DNA of 64,000 bases, taken from positions 1-64,000 of the IMG/VR virus record IMGVR_UViG_3300005365_000022; one strand, given 5' to 3'. The DNA is from a virus. Taxonomy: Duplodnaviria > Caudoviricetes. Position 1 is the first letter of the stretch; each line of letters starts with the position of its first letter. Under the pieces are notes generated by a model. That model had not been told where the DNA came from. It saw nothing but the letters and a program-made list of their open reading frames with translations, and ran no database searches. The position numbers were made by a program, and so were the translations under genes. Shown here piece by piece: positions 20,341-30,849 of this stretch.

Positions 20341-20898
20341 TCAGACCTGATCGTCCTGCTCTTCCTCGATCGGGGTCAGCTTGAGCCCCTGGTCGACGAA
20401 GCTCTGCAGGATCGCGAGAGAGTAGTGGTTGGCGTTGACCGTCGTGCCGTTGCGCAGGGTGGCCATCTGCCCGCCGCCGACCGCCATCGTCTTGGGGCGA
20501 TCGACCGGCAGGTGCACGCGCCACGTGTTCGAGGCGCTCGGCTTCAGGCCGCGGATCCTGACCGGCTTGGGCGGATCGACCGGCAGGGGCTCGAGCGGGG
20601 CCGACGTCCGCCGGACCACCCCCTGCTTGGCCTTCACGGCGAGGTGCTCGGTGATCAGCCGGAGCTCGTCCTCCGTGACGTGCTGACCGAGGCGGAATCC
20701 GAAGTGCGCCGCTTCCTCGACGATCTCCCGCCGCTCGAGCGTGCGGTACGGCGATCGCTCCGCGAGCCCCTCCGGCAGCGCCCGCTTGGCCTCTTCGACC
20801 ATCGCGCGCGCAACATCCTTGTCGGTTCGCTCCGTCTGCCGCGCGCCACTCGGGCCGAGCTTCTGGCTTTCGAGTTCGTCGATCCGTGGCTTCGCCAT
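20341..20898 (-). CDS. hypothetical protein
   Basis: ATG at 20898 (MAKPRIDELE); typical composition. Confidence 0.5.
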   Translation of the reverse strand: MAKPRIDELESQKLGPSGARQTERTDKDVARAMVEEAKRALPEGLAERSPYRTLERREIVEEAAHFGFRLGQHVTEDELRLITEHLAVKAKQGVVRRTSAPLEPLPVDPPKPVRIRGLKPSASNTWRVHLPVDRPKTMAVGGGQMATLRNGTTVNANHYSLAILQSFVDQGLKLTPIEEEQDDQV

Positions 20899-21328
20899 GG
20901 CCCCATCGTGGCCGGGGCTTACGTGACCGGGCAACCCTACACGCGCGGTCTGCCGCGGCGCGCTCTGGGCTGTTCATGCGCCTCCAGGTCGGACAGTACG
21001 CGAACCGTCGCGCGACCGTATCCCTTTAGCAGCGATAGGAACTCGCCTCTGCTCATCGTCGTGTACGACCGCCACTCGGACGGTTTCGACGACGGCGCCG
21101 GCGACTCCGCGGAGAGCTCGCACGGCGCGAACACGGCGGTGATTGCCCGCCGCCGAACGTGCACCTCTTGATGCCGCTCGCCCGCGCAGATCGTGTACTG
21201 CGTGACGATGCCTTTTGAGCCGGGCGGCCAGCCGTCGCGCGGCGCGGATGCCGTGCTGACAATGACGCGCGAGCCGGGCGAATGGTGTCCGATGGCATGG
21301 CGTCCGTGACAGCGACGGCAGCCGACCA

Positions 21329-22741
21329 TCATTCCGAATGGCAGACTACGCCTACACGCTTATACTGCGATGCGTCACCGGTCGCGCCATCGGTGCGCAC
21401 GACGAAGTCACCGAGGAACTTCCAGGTCTGCGCGACGTTCTCCTGGAGGCGGTCCTGCGGGGCACGGATGATCATCTGGATGCGCTCGACCTCGAGCTCG
21501 ATCCCGTTGTTGACGACGCGTGCCCCGCTCTCGACGCGGCCCTGCACGCCGGCCTCGCTGATCATCTCCTGGCCGGTTGGGGCGTAGTACTCGTTGAACG
21601 CCTCGCGTCCGATGATCAGCGCGCGGTGCACTGGCACGCCGGTCGACGCGCTACCGTTCGACCAGAGCTCGCCGGCGATCGGGTCCTTCTGCTGGAAGGT
21701 CGCCGTCGATCCGCCCGGCACGTTGCCGACCTGCGGGTTCTCCGGGTTCTCGTAGAAGATGCACCCCATCAGCCGGCCGATTTGCGCCTCGGCGTACATG
21801 TCCGAGTCGAGCCGGCCGATGTTCAGGCGCTGCACCTCGTTGTCGGCGAACAGCTGGCTGTTACCGGTGGGGTCGAGGTGGAAGTGGTAGTAGCCGTCAC
21901 CCAGCGGTGGGACGCTCATGTCGCGCATGCGCTTGACCGCGGTGCGGACGTCGGCGAGGTGCAGGATGTCCGTGCCGGCCGACAGCGCGTCGGTCGCGTT
22001 GCCGCCGCCGGACAACGTCCGGAACGTGCGCGTGGACGACAGTACCGGATCGCGATCCGTTACGGTCACCGCGGCGTCTACGGTGATCGTTCCCGGCCCG
22101 ATCTCGTCGCCGCTCGTGTCCGGGGTGAATCCGGTCACGTTGACCGTGCTCGGCGTACCGCTGTGGATTACCGTGATCGACAGCGGGTTGTTGGTGCTCA
22201 CCAGGTCGTAGCGGACCGGCGACCCGGCCGAGAGATCCGGCCGGCGCGCACGGGTGAACCCGTTGAGCCGCTTCACTCGGAGCGTGGTCACCGAGCTCTG
22301 GTTCCCGTCGGCAACCGTCCATCCGAAGTCTCCGGCGTTGAACAGGCGCTGCCGGCACACGCGGTTCAGCGTCTGGCCCGCATTGAGGCCGATCTGCTGC
22401 GTGTCCTTGGACAGCTTGTTCGCTGCGGCGACGTAGCTCGTCGGCATATTCGTGTCGATCGACGTGCCCCACTTCGTCATCGTCGCCGGCCACTGCTCCA
22501 TCTGGTAGTCCTGCGGCTGCGGGTCCTGACCTGGGATCAGCGGGCGCGTGTCGACCGGGATCAGCCCGGCGCCGGTGAACGTCTTGTTGTCGCCGACGTT
22601 CGCCTCCCACTTTTCCGCGTTGTCGACCTCGCCGCGGAACATCTGGGCGGGAAACAGCGCGTCGCGGAACATGCGGTCCAGGGCATTCTCCTGGACCAGG
22701 GCACGGACGGGTGGTGACTGGAGAATGACCGAGAAATCCAT
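21329..22741 (-). CDS. major capsid protein
   Basis: 470 aa after the scaffold; AAGGAG SD; HK97-like cues (GLNAGQTLNRV, YYHFHLDP, GRLMGCIFYE). Confidence 0.85.
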   Translation of the reverse strand: MDFSVILQSPPVRALVQENALDRMFRDALFPAQMFRGEVDNAEKWEANVGDNKTFTGAGLIPVDTRPLIPGQDPQPQDYQMEQWPATMTKWGTSIDTNMPTSYVAAANKLSKDTQQIGLNAGQTLNRVCRQRLFNAGDFGWTVADGNQSSVTTLRVKRLNGFTRARRPDLSAGSPVRYDLVSTNNPLSITVIHSGTPSTVNVTGFTPDTSGDEIGPGTITVDAAVTVTDRDPVLSSTRTFRTLSGGGNATDALSAGTDILHLADVRTAVKRMRDMSVPPLGDGYYHFHLDPTGNSQLFADNEVQRLNIGRLDSDMYAEAQIGRLMGCIFYENPENPQVGNVPGGSTATFQQKDPIAGELWSNGSASTGVPVHRALIIGREAFNEYYAPTGQEMISEAGVQGRVESGARVVNNGIELEVERIQMIIRAPQDRLQENVAQTWKFLGDFVVRTDGATGDASQYKRVGVVCHSE

Positions 22742-23023
22742 GGCTCGCTCCTTGCCTCACGCTAGGAGCGGGCGAGCCGGGCGCGCAACCCCGGGTGTGC
22801 CAGCCGCATCACCTCACGACACGGCCGCACGTATCGCACGGGAACCCAACGTCGTCATCGGCGTCAAACTGACCGCGCGCGCAGGTGCATTCGTCGACCT
22901 CATCGCCATCGTCGTCATGGTCGTCATCCCGGGCATCGCCATCACAGGTCTCGCACCATTCCCCGGGACGACTACCGTGACCGCACGCCGCCTCATCGCC
23001 GGGATATCCGGCGCGGTCCGGCA

Positions 23024-24121
23024 TCAGCCGGCCCGACCGCGGCGGTTGTACGGGATGCCCAACTCGGCCATCCGCGCACGCATCTGCTCTGGGGTCGCCT
23101 TTCGTAGGTCGACCGCGCCGGCGGCGGCCGCCTGTCCGGTCACGGCGCCGGGCGCCTGTGGCGCCGGAGCGGGGGCGTGCGGCTGCGCCGGGCTCGTCGC
23201 TGGCACCGGCATCTGGCCGAACAGGTACGGCCGGGTCGCCTTCAGGTTCGCGCACCACGTGGCAACGTCGAACTTCGCCAGCTGCTCCTTGACGGCCGGG
23301 TCCTGGCTGTCGCGCATCGCCGCCAGTTCGGCGCTCAGGATGTGCCAGGCGAAGTCGACCTCCTGGACGCCGGAGCGGACCATAGCGATCTTGAGCTTCT
23401 CGCCCTCCTGCGCGGCCCTGATCTGCCCTTCGAGCGTGGTCACCCTCTGCTGGTGCTGCGTCGCCTGCTGCTCGGCAGCGTCAGCCCTGGCCCGCATGTC
23501 GTCGCGCAGCTTGTTCAGCCGGCGCCGCGTCGCATCTGGCAGACGCCGATCGTTGATCGGATCGTCTACCGCCGCGGGAGCGGGCGGAGTTGCGGCTGGC
23601 TGTGCGGGCGCCGGGGCGGGCGGTGGCGGCGATGCCTGACCAGCGGCTGGTGCTGGTGCTGCGGGGGCCGGGGTCGCCGCGGCGGCGGCTGGCGGCGAGG
23701 TGGTGGCCATGTTCGGTGTCTCCTGAGGTTGGTTGTTGATTTCCTCCTCGATCTTCGAGAGGAGGTCTGACAGGTCGGTGAACCCGAGCTTGGACACCCG
23801 GGTGTGAATGGTGGATTCCAGATCGCGGCGTGCCGCATCAGTGGAGGCGCGCAGGAACTCGCGATATCCGGCGGCCGGGATCACGACGTTCTCATCGCGC
23901 AGCGCGACGCCGGCGGCGATCTCGGCCGGCGTCAGCGTGATGAGCGACGGCAGCGGCTCGGCAGGCGGCTTCGCGGCCGGCGCAGCTATCGGAGACGCGG
24001 TCGGGGTCGCGGTTCCCTCCGGCGGCGTGAGCGCCGGTGGCGTCGCGGCGGGCGTGATATCCGGCGCGGTGCCTGCGATCGGCGGCGCCGATCCTGTCGC
24101 TGGTGCAGCGGGGACTGCCAT
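23024..24121 (-). CDS. capsid scaffolding protein
   Basis: Pro/Ala-rich plus coiled coil, ...LKATRPYLFG...; directly upstream of the capsid. Confidence 0.7.
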   Translation of the reverse strand: MAVPAAPATGSAPPIAGTAPDITPAATPPALTPPEGTATPTASPIAAPAAKPPAEPLPSLITLTPAEIAAGVALRDENVVIPAAGYREFLRASTDAARRDLESTIHTRVSKLGFTDLSDLLSKIEEEINNQPQETPNMATTSPPAAAAATPAPAAPAPAAGQASPPPPAPAPAQPAATPPAPAAVDDPINDRRLPDATRRRLNKLRDDMRARADAAEQQATQHQQRVTTLEGQIRAAQEGEKLKIAMVRSGVQEVDFAWHILSAELAAMRDSQDPAVKEQLAKFDVATWCANLKATRPYLFGQMPVPATSPAQPHAPAPAPQAPGAVTGQAAAAGAVDLRKATPEQMRARMAELGIPYNRRGRAG

Positions 24122-24171
24122 GGACAGGCATTTTGCCAGCGCCGATGGCGAACTAACAAGCGTGCTGGCGA

Positions 24172-24654
24172 TCAGGTCGTCGGAGCGAACACCGCGGCCA
24201 TCTGCGCGGCCGACAGCGTGAGCGGGATGTACTCGATGACGAACGCCGTCACGTCAGCGGTCGGAAACGCGAGCGTCTTGCCGTCGTCGCTGATCGTCGC
24301 GATCCCGACGACCGTGCTCGCGGTCGGGCTTACCTTAGTCCCGCTCGCGTCGCTGACGATGTACGTCCCGACCGTGTTGGCCGTGGTCGCCGCCGTGACG
24401 CGCAGCGTGCGGACGTGCGCCGCGGGCAGGCGGTTGGGGTTCGCGGTTCCCGTGGTCTCGCCGCTCGCGTCCAGCGCAGTCAGGTCGTACGACGCCGCGC
24501 CGGTGAGTCCGGTGAACGTGCGCTTCAGCGGGGTGTGCAGCGTCCCGAGCTTCAGCAGCTGGAGCGCCGAGGCGATCTCGCTCGGGTTGGACTCGTCGAG
24601 GACGACCTTGGTCGACCGTACTTGGGTGAGAGTGGATCCGAATGCTGCGGGCAT
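24172..24654 (-). CDS. hypothetical virion protein (possible decoration)
   Basis: 160 aa Thr/Ala-rich beta ORF in the head module. Confidence 0.45.
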   Translation of the reverse strand: MPAAFGSTLTQVRSTKVVLDESNPSEIASALQLLKLGTLHTPLKRTFTGLTGAASYDLTALDASGETTGTANPNRLPAAHVRTLRVTAATTANTVGTYIVSDASGTKVSPTASTVVGIATISDDGKTLAFPTADVTAFVIEYIPLTLSAAQMAAVFAPTT

Positions 24655-24657
24655 CTG

Positions 24658-25011
24658 TCAAGCTCCTTGGCCGAGAGTCAACCGAACCGTCGTGGTCTGG
24701 CCCGCCACGCGGATGAGGGAAATCCCAGTGATCGGTACAGCCCGAGATTCCACGAACCAGAGCTCGCAGGGCAAGCCCTGCAGGGTTCCGGCGGCGCTCG
24801 TGACGAGCACGGTGATCGGGTGATCGGCCTCGACCAGAAGCATGTTGACGCCCGGCATCTCCGCCAGATCGACCACGAACGGCGAATCCGATGTCAACGT
24901 CACCGGTCGGACAGCGGCGTCGCGCGCAAGCGGCATCCGTACGTCCAGCGAGCGGAACGCGTCGCCGTCCGGTAGCGACACGAGCGAACCTTGAAGCTGC
25001 AGCGTCGCCAC
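24658..25011 (-). CDS. hypothetical protein
   Basis: 117 aa ORF in the head module. Confidence 0.45.
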   Translation of the reverse strand: MATLQLQGSLVSLPDGDAFRSLDVRMPLARDAAVRPVTLTSDSPFVVDLAEMPGVNMLLVEADHPITVLVTSAAGTLQGLPCELWFVESRAVPITGISLIRVAGQTTTVRLTLGQGA

Positions 25012-25025
25012 GGCGATCGGCTCCG

Positions 25026-25490
25026 TCAGTACTTCGGCGGCGCCTTGGGCGGTGGCTTGGACGCCCCGCCGCCGCCGCCCTGGCCGTCGCCCGTACCGGC
25101 CATCTCCGCCTCGTGCTCCTGGCGCTGCCCGGCAAGCACGTTGTTGATCTGCTCCATCTTGTCGTCCAGCTGGGCGATCATGGTTGCGGCCTCGCCGATC
25201 ATCTTCTCGGCGCCCGGGTCGATGTCCTGGGCCAGCTCGGCGTCCTGCTGCAGCTGCTCGATTGCCTCGCGGGCTTCGTCGACTGCGGCCTCCGCCGTCT
25301 GGCAGAGCTCGTGCAGAGCGATCGCCTCGGACGGCGGTGGCTCGACGGCTGGGGCGCCGGGTCCTGGCGCTGCGGAGCCGTTCATCGGCGGTGGACCGCC
25401 GGATCCGCCAAGGCTGGCGAGCAGGGCTGGATCGATTCCGGGCATGGGGCGAGCATCGGCGACCGCCAGCGGCCCGCGCAAGTCATGCAT
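25026..25490 (-). CDS. hypothetical acidic helical protein
   Basis: ORF track; start may be the internal MPGIDP. Confidence 0.45.
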   Translation of the reverse strand: MHDLRGPLAVADARPMPGIDPALLASLGGSGGPPPMNGSAAPGPGAPAVEPPPSEAIALHELCQTAEAAVDEAREAIEQLQQDAELAQDIDPGAEKMIGEAATMIAQLDDKMEQINNVLAGQRQEHEAEMAGTGDGQGGGGGASKPPPKAPPKY

Positions 25491-25491
25491 C

Positions 25492-26905
25492 CTACGACCG
25501 CGATGCCAAGGGCGCTAACTCGACGATTTCGAGGGCGGACTCTAGACGATCGTCGTACCCGCTGTCGATAAGCGCCTTGACGGTCGCTTGCCGCTCGATC
25601 TGGAGCGGTCCGCACCGCTTGCACCACCGGCAGCCATCAAGCAGCGTGTCGAACATCGGATCCGGAACGATCGCACATGCCGGATCCGCGCTCCACGCGC
25701 ATCGGTGCTCGATCAGCATTTGGCGGCTCGCCCGAGCGCTCTGATGGTGGTCTCGATGTCGGCCTGTGCCCGCAGCGCCTCGAGCAGCGCCGCGTCGAGC
25801 ATGCGAACGGCGGCCCGTTGCTCGCCCGCCGTTACGGCGATCTCGTGCCGTGCGACCTGGAGCTGCGCGATCGCGATCTGCGTGCTGCGCAGCGCGGTGC
25901 AGGCGCGGGCGTACTCGATGTGGCGGTCGCTCACGGCTGTGTCCCTGCCACGACTCGCGCGTACTCGGCTGCCGCGATGTCGTCAGGGTCCATCCCGGCA
26001 TGCAGTCGGGAATTTTCTTCGAACCACCCGTCGCAGTGCTCGCACCCGGCCAGGAATGCATCGCGAAGATCCGCCTCGCGCTGCGCCGGATCGAACAGAC
26101 GGATGATCGACTCGATCTCGCTGGCCGACGATCGGCAGATCTGCTCCAGGGCGCCGGCCTGGTAGGCGAGCCGTCCGCGCGCAGCCATGTCTGGATCGGT
26201 GCCGCGCTCGGTGGCCGCCGCGCGCTCCGCCGTGTACTCGGGCGCCGCGGCGAGCCTCGTGGCCAGCTCGCGTAGCCTGGCGATCGCGTCCGCGCTCACG
26301 ACGCGCCCCCTGTCAGCTCGAGACACGTGCGTCCCAGCGGCGTGAGCGCCGACATCACGGGGCTCAGACCGCCGCCGTACGAGTGCACCAGTGCGCGCCG
26401 GTGAACCGATCCGTCTATGCGGAACTGCGCGCCGAGCTCGGAATCGACGGTGATGTATCGCTGAGGTCCAGCCTGCAGGTGACGCAGCCTTGCCACGTGG
26501 CATGGCCCGCAGCGCGCCATGATCATCGCGGCGGCCTGGCGCGCCTCGTCGCGCGTCACGACACACCACCTGCCGGCGTCGTCCAGACCACCCGGCCGTG
26601 CACCAGGTGGTTGCGGTGGCGGAACTCGTGCCGGCCGTCAGCCGTGCCCATGTACTGCCAGTCCTCGAAGCCGTTGGGCTGGCTGGACGCGCCGAAATGC
26701 GAAGCCAGCGCGGCCCACATGCGCTTCCACTCTTGGCTGTTACGCCTCACCGAAGCGATCATCGGATCTCCGACGTCTTGATGATCGCACCGCTCGAGAG
26801 AACCAGCATCCACTCACGGTACTTGCGGACCTCGACGATCTCGAGGTCGTCGCCGCGGTACATCACCTTGCTGCCGACCATCTGTACTGCGTGTCGTTTC
26901 GTCAT
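25492..26905 (-). CDS. cluster of about six small accessory ORFs under a leaderless promoter
   Basis: Overlapping start/stop chain: 26759-26905, 26556-26762, 26296-26559, 25931-~26298, 25713-25934, 25492-~25720. Confidence 0.5.
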
Positions 26906-26959
26906 GCTGGTAACGTAATACGCGCGTTAGCAGGTGTCAAGCGCGAGATTACGCGTTCA
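26903..26959 (-). promoter_or_regulatory. sigma70-type leaderless promoter with operator-like motif
   Basis: TTGACA-17-TACGTT-accagc-ATG; GATTACG upstream of the -35. Confidence 0.7.
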
Positions 26960-27160
26960 CGCGTCGCGGATCACGTACCGGTGGCTTGCCCCGCACCGGC
27001 GCCGCAGCTCAGCCAGGAACGGCGCTCCGCTGGCCGGCTGAACCGGCCACGATGCCACCTCGGCCTCCATCTCGCGATCGCTGTACTCGGCCGTGCCGCC
27101 ATCGAACCTGGCGAGCTCTACCAGGTGATCGGCGTCCTCGACGAAGTAGAGGATCGTCAT
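26957..27160 (-). CDS. small protein, candidate immunity partner of the MuF kinase
   Basis: 67 aa, ATGA overlap with the MuF stop; function is inference. Confidence 0.4.
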   Translation of the reverse strand: MTILYFVEDADHLVELARFDGGTAEYSDREMEAEVASWPVQPASGAPFLAELRRRCGASHRYVIRDA

Positions 27161-29511
27161 GGCGAACCATCCGCGATGGCGTCTGCCGCGGCCCGGCCGG
27201 CATCCGAGATTCGGTCGCGCGCGGTGAGGCTCGGCTGCGCCAGAAAGCGCTCCTGGTCGCTCTGCCCCATCTGGTCGAAGCGCTGCGGCCTACCGCCCAT
27301 GGTGACGTGCCCGGGAACCGCCAGCACCGAGGGCTGCTCCTTGAGCAGCGTGGCGCGGTACATCGCGTGTCGGACGGACTCGTCATCTAGGCCGCGCCGT
27401 CGCAAAGTGGCCGCCAGATCGGCCAGGTCGAGGTCTCGAATGCGCGCCTCGGTGGTCGGCAGCAACCCCATGCCCACGAACGGCTTGCTCGTGGCGACGG
27501 GCTGCTGGATTCCGGCGCGAGACGACGGGAACGCCTGACCGTTGTCGATGGCCACCACGGCCCCGCCTTTCTTGCGCAGGAAGTTCTCCGGGTGACGATC
27601 GCGGTTCCCGGTGACGAAGTCGAGCAGGCGCATCTGCTCGGCGGACTCGCGGTCGATCTTGGTCGCCGACCATCCCGGCCGAGCTCGCACGAACGCCTGC
27701 ACGGACCCCTCGCCGCCTTCGTGGCGGCGGACCGTGGTGGGCGGAACGACGTCGATCCCCATGAGCCGAGCCACATCGTAGGTGGCCGCCTCGCGCAGGT
27801 GCATGGTGCCCGGCTGGATCCCGGTTGGCAGTTCGTCGGCTGCCTCTCCGGACGTCGGCTTCCACACGGCAGATCCGCCGCCGCGGAACCTGACAACCTT
27901 CGACGCGTTGACGCCACCGCCGAGGTCCTTGGTGCTAGTGATCTCGGCGTGCAGCGCGCGCACCGCGGCGTCCTCGACATCCGGACGCGGCCCGCCGCCG
28001 ATGCCTGGGGCCGGCCCGCGCTCGCCGCCCTTCGCGAGATGGCCGGCGGGGACCTCAGGCGTCTGCCGCCACTGCACGGGGATCGGCTCGTCGAGGTCGG
28101 CTGCGGCGTTGAGCCGGGCGGCGTCCGCTGCGCCATTCACGACGAGGTTGTTGCGCGGCGTGACCCCGATCTGCACCGGCTGCTCGAGCCCGTCGGCGAC
28201 CTCCTGGTACGCGCGCTCAGCCCGCTCGAGGTCGGCCTCGTAACCAGTGGGCTCGTACCAGCCGTGGTCGGCGATCGCCTGCGGGTCGGCCGCCGGGGTG
28301 CTGGCCGGGGCGGTGAGATCTCCGTGCTCCGGGATCTCACCGGCCGGGATCTCAGGTGAGATCTCGGCTGTAACCTTGGGCGACTCGAAGCCGATCGGCA
28401 GTGGGCCCGCGCGCTCGGTGTCGGCCTCATCTCCGGCCTGATCGCCCTGGGATTCCTCGGCGGTGGGAGACTGGAATCCGATCCCGGTAGGCGCTGGAGA
28501 TCCCGCCTCGTCGTCCGATGAGATCTCGGCCTGAGATCCCCGGGATCTCATCCACGCCGCGTTAGTCCGCTGCGCCGCCGTCTCGGTGACCGGCACCCGC
28601 CGGCCGTCCTCCCATCGCCAGCCGGGGACGCCCCAGTGGGCGCGCCAAGGCACGAGGACGGCGCGATCGTTGGGGCGGTTGGGCGGCGAGGTCCACTCGC
28701 GGCCGACCAAGGAGTCGCCGACCTCGTCGCCCTGGCGGTTGGTTGGCGGCTGCGTGAACGGCTCGCCGGGCGGCGCCACCTGGCCGTGCATTGCCTCCGA
28801 GTCGACGCCGACGCGGTCGTCCAGCGGCATGCCTTCGTCGCTCACGTGCTCGGTCCAGCGCGACCACATGTCGCCGTCGAGATCCTCGGCCTGCTCGTCG
28901 GCTGCGGCGCGCGCCGACCGGCCGGCGGCCCACGAAAGCTCGGTGCGTACTACACGCTCTGCGCGCCACCACTGCATGTCGCCGACGTTCATGACCCGGT
29001 CGATCGCCTGCGTGTGCGTCTCCCCGAGCGAGAGCGACGCCCCGAGCTCCTCCTCCATGCGGCCGACGAGCTGCGCCCCGAACCTCGCCATCGAGGTCGC
29101 GTGCACGCGCATCAGGCTTGACACCTGCCCGTCTACCAGCCCGCGGAGCCTGGCGCTCTCGAGCAGCGGCAGCGAGATCACCGCCCCGCTGAAGTGCTTC
29201 TCGAGCGCGGCGGCGTCCTGCAGGAGCGTGCGCGCGGCGTGTACTCCGACCTTCGTGGCGCTCTCCTCGACGGCGTCTCCGAGCGGGGCCTGCAGGCGCG
29301 CTAGCCCGAGCTTGACCTGCGCGAGCAGCCCGGTCAGCTGCTGGTGCGAGAACGTGCCGGCCGGCGTCGCCCGGATCCGCCGCGTGACGTCCTCGAGCAT
29401 CCGGTCGTAGAGCGCCCGCACCGGAGCGATCCCCGTGCTTCGCACGAGGCGCTGCAGCTGGTCCTGCTGGTCCAGGATGATCGCGCGGTAGGCCGGGGGC
29501 AGCGCGGGCAC
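27157..29511 (-). CDS. MuF/SPP1 gp7-like head morphogenesis protein with C-terminal kinase-like domain
   Basis: N-half: RAERVVRTELSWA, D.RVGVDSEAMHG, PPNRPNDRA. C-half: GGGVN, VWKP, REAATY, NRDRHPEN, AIDNG. Confidence 0.8.
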   Translation of the reverse strand: MPALPPAYRAIILDQQDQLQRLVRSTGIAPVRALYDRMLEDVTRRIRATPAGTFSHQQLTGLLAQVKLGLARLQAPLGDAVEESATKVGVHAARTLLQDAAALEKHFSGAVISLPLLESARLRGLVDGQVSSLMRVHATSMARFGAQLVGRMEEELGASLSLGETHTQAIDRVMNVGDMQWWRAERVVRTELSWAAGRSARAAADEQAEDLDGDMWSRWTEHVSDEGMPLDDRVGVDSEAMHGQVAPPGEPFTQPPTNRQGDEVGDSLVGREWTSPPNRPNDRAVLVPWRAHWGVPGWRWEDGRRVPVTETAAQRTNAAWMRSRGSQAEISSDDEAGSPAPTGIGFQSPTAEESQGDQAGDEADTERAGPLPIGFESPKVTAEISPEIPAGEIPEHGDLTAPASTPAADPQAIADHGWYEPTGYEADLERAERAYQEVADGLEQPVQIGVTPRNNLVVNGAADAARLNAAADLDEPIPVQWRQTPEVPAGHLAKGGERGPAPGIGGGPRPDVEDAAVRALHAEITSTKDLGGGVNASKVVRFRGGGSAVWKPTSGEAADELPTGIQPGTMHLREAATYDVARLMGIDVVPPTTVRRHEGGEGSVQAFVRARPGWSATKIDRESAEQMRLLDFVTGNRDRHPENFLRKKGGAVVAIDNGQAFPSSRAGIQQPVATSKPFVGMGLLPTTEARIRDLDLADLAATLRRRGLDDESVRHAMYRATLLKEQPSVLAVPGHVTMGGRPQRFDQMGQSDQERFLAQPSLTARDRISDAGRAAADAIADGSP

Positions 29512-29520
29512 GACGCCAGC

Positions 29521-29721
29521 TTACCCCGCCCGTGATCGACGCTTGCGAGGTGGCGCCAACCCAAGTAGCTCAGCCGTCGGCCCGTTCTTGGCCGACCTGA
29601 CCTGCTCCGGTCTCATGACTGCCATGAGCGGGATGGTTCCGTCGTGCCAAAAGATCTCGACGTCACCTTGCTACACGAGATAGGCCAGCTGCCTTAGCCG
29701 CTCGGCCGTCACTGGCTTCAT
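29521..29721 (-). pseudogene. small ORF interrupted by in-frame TAG at 29671-29673
   Basis: ATGA-coupled start; MKPVTAERLRQLAYLV*QGDVEIFWHDG... reads on for 66 codons. Confidence 0.4.
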
Positions 29722-30026
29722 GGAGCAGATCTCCTGAATTGAGCGTTGTAGGCGCGCGCTGCCTTCAGGGTGGCCGATTCCTCCGGTGTTGCCTTGGCGC
29801 GCGGTCTACGCGGCAAGCGAGCCCGGCCAGCTGTGGCGCTCGTGTTCGTATCCCGGATCTCGGCACGTTGCCGTCGTGCGTCCGCCTGGAGCACGTCGAT
29901 GACGTTCGCGGCATGGACCGACGCGCATTCCACGATCCAGCGCTCGAGGGGAACACGCGCGGCGTCGGCGCACCGCGCGAACGCGCGCTCTTGATCTTCG
30001 GTCAGCGTGAGCGTGATGGTGCTCAT
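29718..30026 (-). CDS. ribbon-helix-helix-like DNA-binding protein
   Basis: MSTITLTLTEDQERAFARCADAARVPLERWIVECA. Confidence 0.5.
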   Translation of the reverse strand: MSTITLTLTEDQERAFARCADAARVPLERWIVECASVHAANVIDVLQADARRQRAEIRDTNTSATAGRARLPRRPRAKATPEESATLKAARAYNAQFRRSAP

Positions 30027-30406
30027 GATAGGTCAGAGATCACCCCGACGATCGGCACCTCGGGTCCTGGCCCACGGTCGATGTCGACGATCGCAAACGA
30101 GTAGCCGCGCGCCGCGGCACGCTCGAGCGACGCCTGGCATCCACTGCACGCGAACTGCTCGCTCCAGCGGACCGCCGTCCCCCGCTTAGTCTTCACCGGG
30201 TGCACGCGCCGCAGCGCGAGCTCGACCATCGCCCGGTGCCTGAGGTCGGCCGACATGTCAGCGAGCGCGATGAACACCTGCACCCGAAGTACGACGTGGG
30301 AGCTACGGCAGCCTCCGCACCGAGCCCCCGGCCAGGCGTCCTCGGCGTAGACCTCGGCGGCTGGGCGGCCTCCGAATAGCTTGCTTCGATGGATGGTGTT
30401 GGCCAT
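30023..30406 (-). CDS. hypothetical protein (two CxxC)
   Basis: CGGC and CSGC pairs. Confidence 0.45.
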   Translation of the reverse strand: MANTIHRSKLFGGRPAAEVYAEDAWPGARCGGCRSSHVVLRVQVFIALADMSADLRHRAMVELALRRVHPVKTKRGTAVRWSEQFACSGCQASLERAAARGYSFAIVDIDRGPGPEVPIVGVISDLS

Positions 30407-30555
30407 GGGCTACTCGCTCGCCGGATGGCACGTAGGACATGTGACGGCGCAGTACGGAGGTGACCCCTCGTGCAGCGGGACGTTGACGAACCCGAGCGCC
30501 TTGCAGAGCAGCACGGCGTGCTCTGGATTCGTTTGGTCGTAGTCCTGCGACACGG

Positions 30556-30849
30556 TCATCCTCCCTGCGCGATCAGCAGCATCTCGACCAGGCGCTCCGG
30601 CGGAACACCCTGCTCTGAGGCGCGCGCACGAACCTTGGCCCCGACGACGCCGTTGATGATCACTGGCGCCTGCCCAGGCTCGGCTCCGGCCGAGCGCGAC
30701 GCTCCAGCGAGCGCGTGCGTCAGGATCAGCGTGTTGAGGTCGCACCCGGCGCGCTCCGCTGCGCTCACCAGGAGCGCCTTCTGCTGCCTGCTGCACACCA
30801 GCGACACCCGTGCCTTGTCCTCGTCGGCGATCCGTCTTGCCGGCGGCAT
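30556..30849 (-). CDS. tandem RHH-like DNA-binding protein
   Basis: RVSLVCSRQQKALLVSAAERAGCDLNTLIL and a second VIINGVVGAKVRARASEQGVPPERLVEMLL unit. Confidence 0.5.
   Translation of the reverse strand: MPPARRIADEDKARVSLVCSRQQKALLVSAAERAGCDLNTLILTHALAGASRSAGAEPGQAPVIINGVVGAKVRARASEQGVPPERLVEMLLIAQGG

Noticed and set aside
29545-29620. tRNA-like fragment (GTAGCTCAG)
   Set aside because: No T-arm or cloverleaf can be formed; it lies within the interrupted small ORF.
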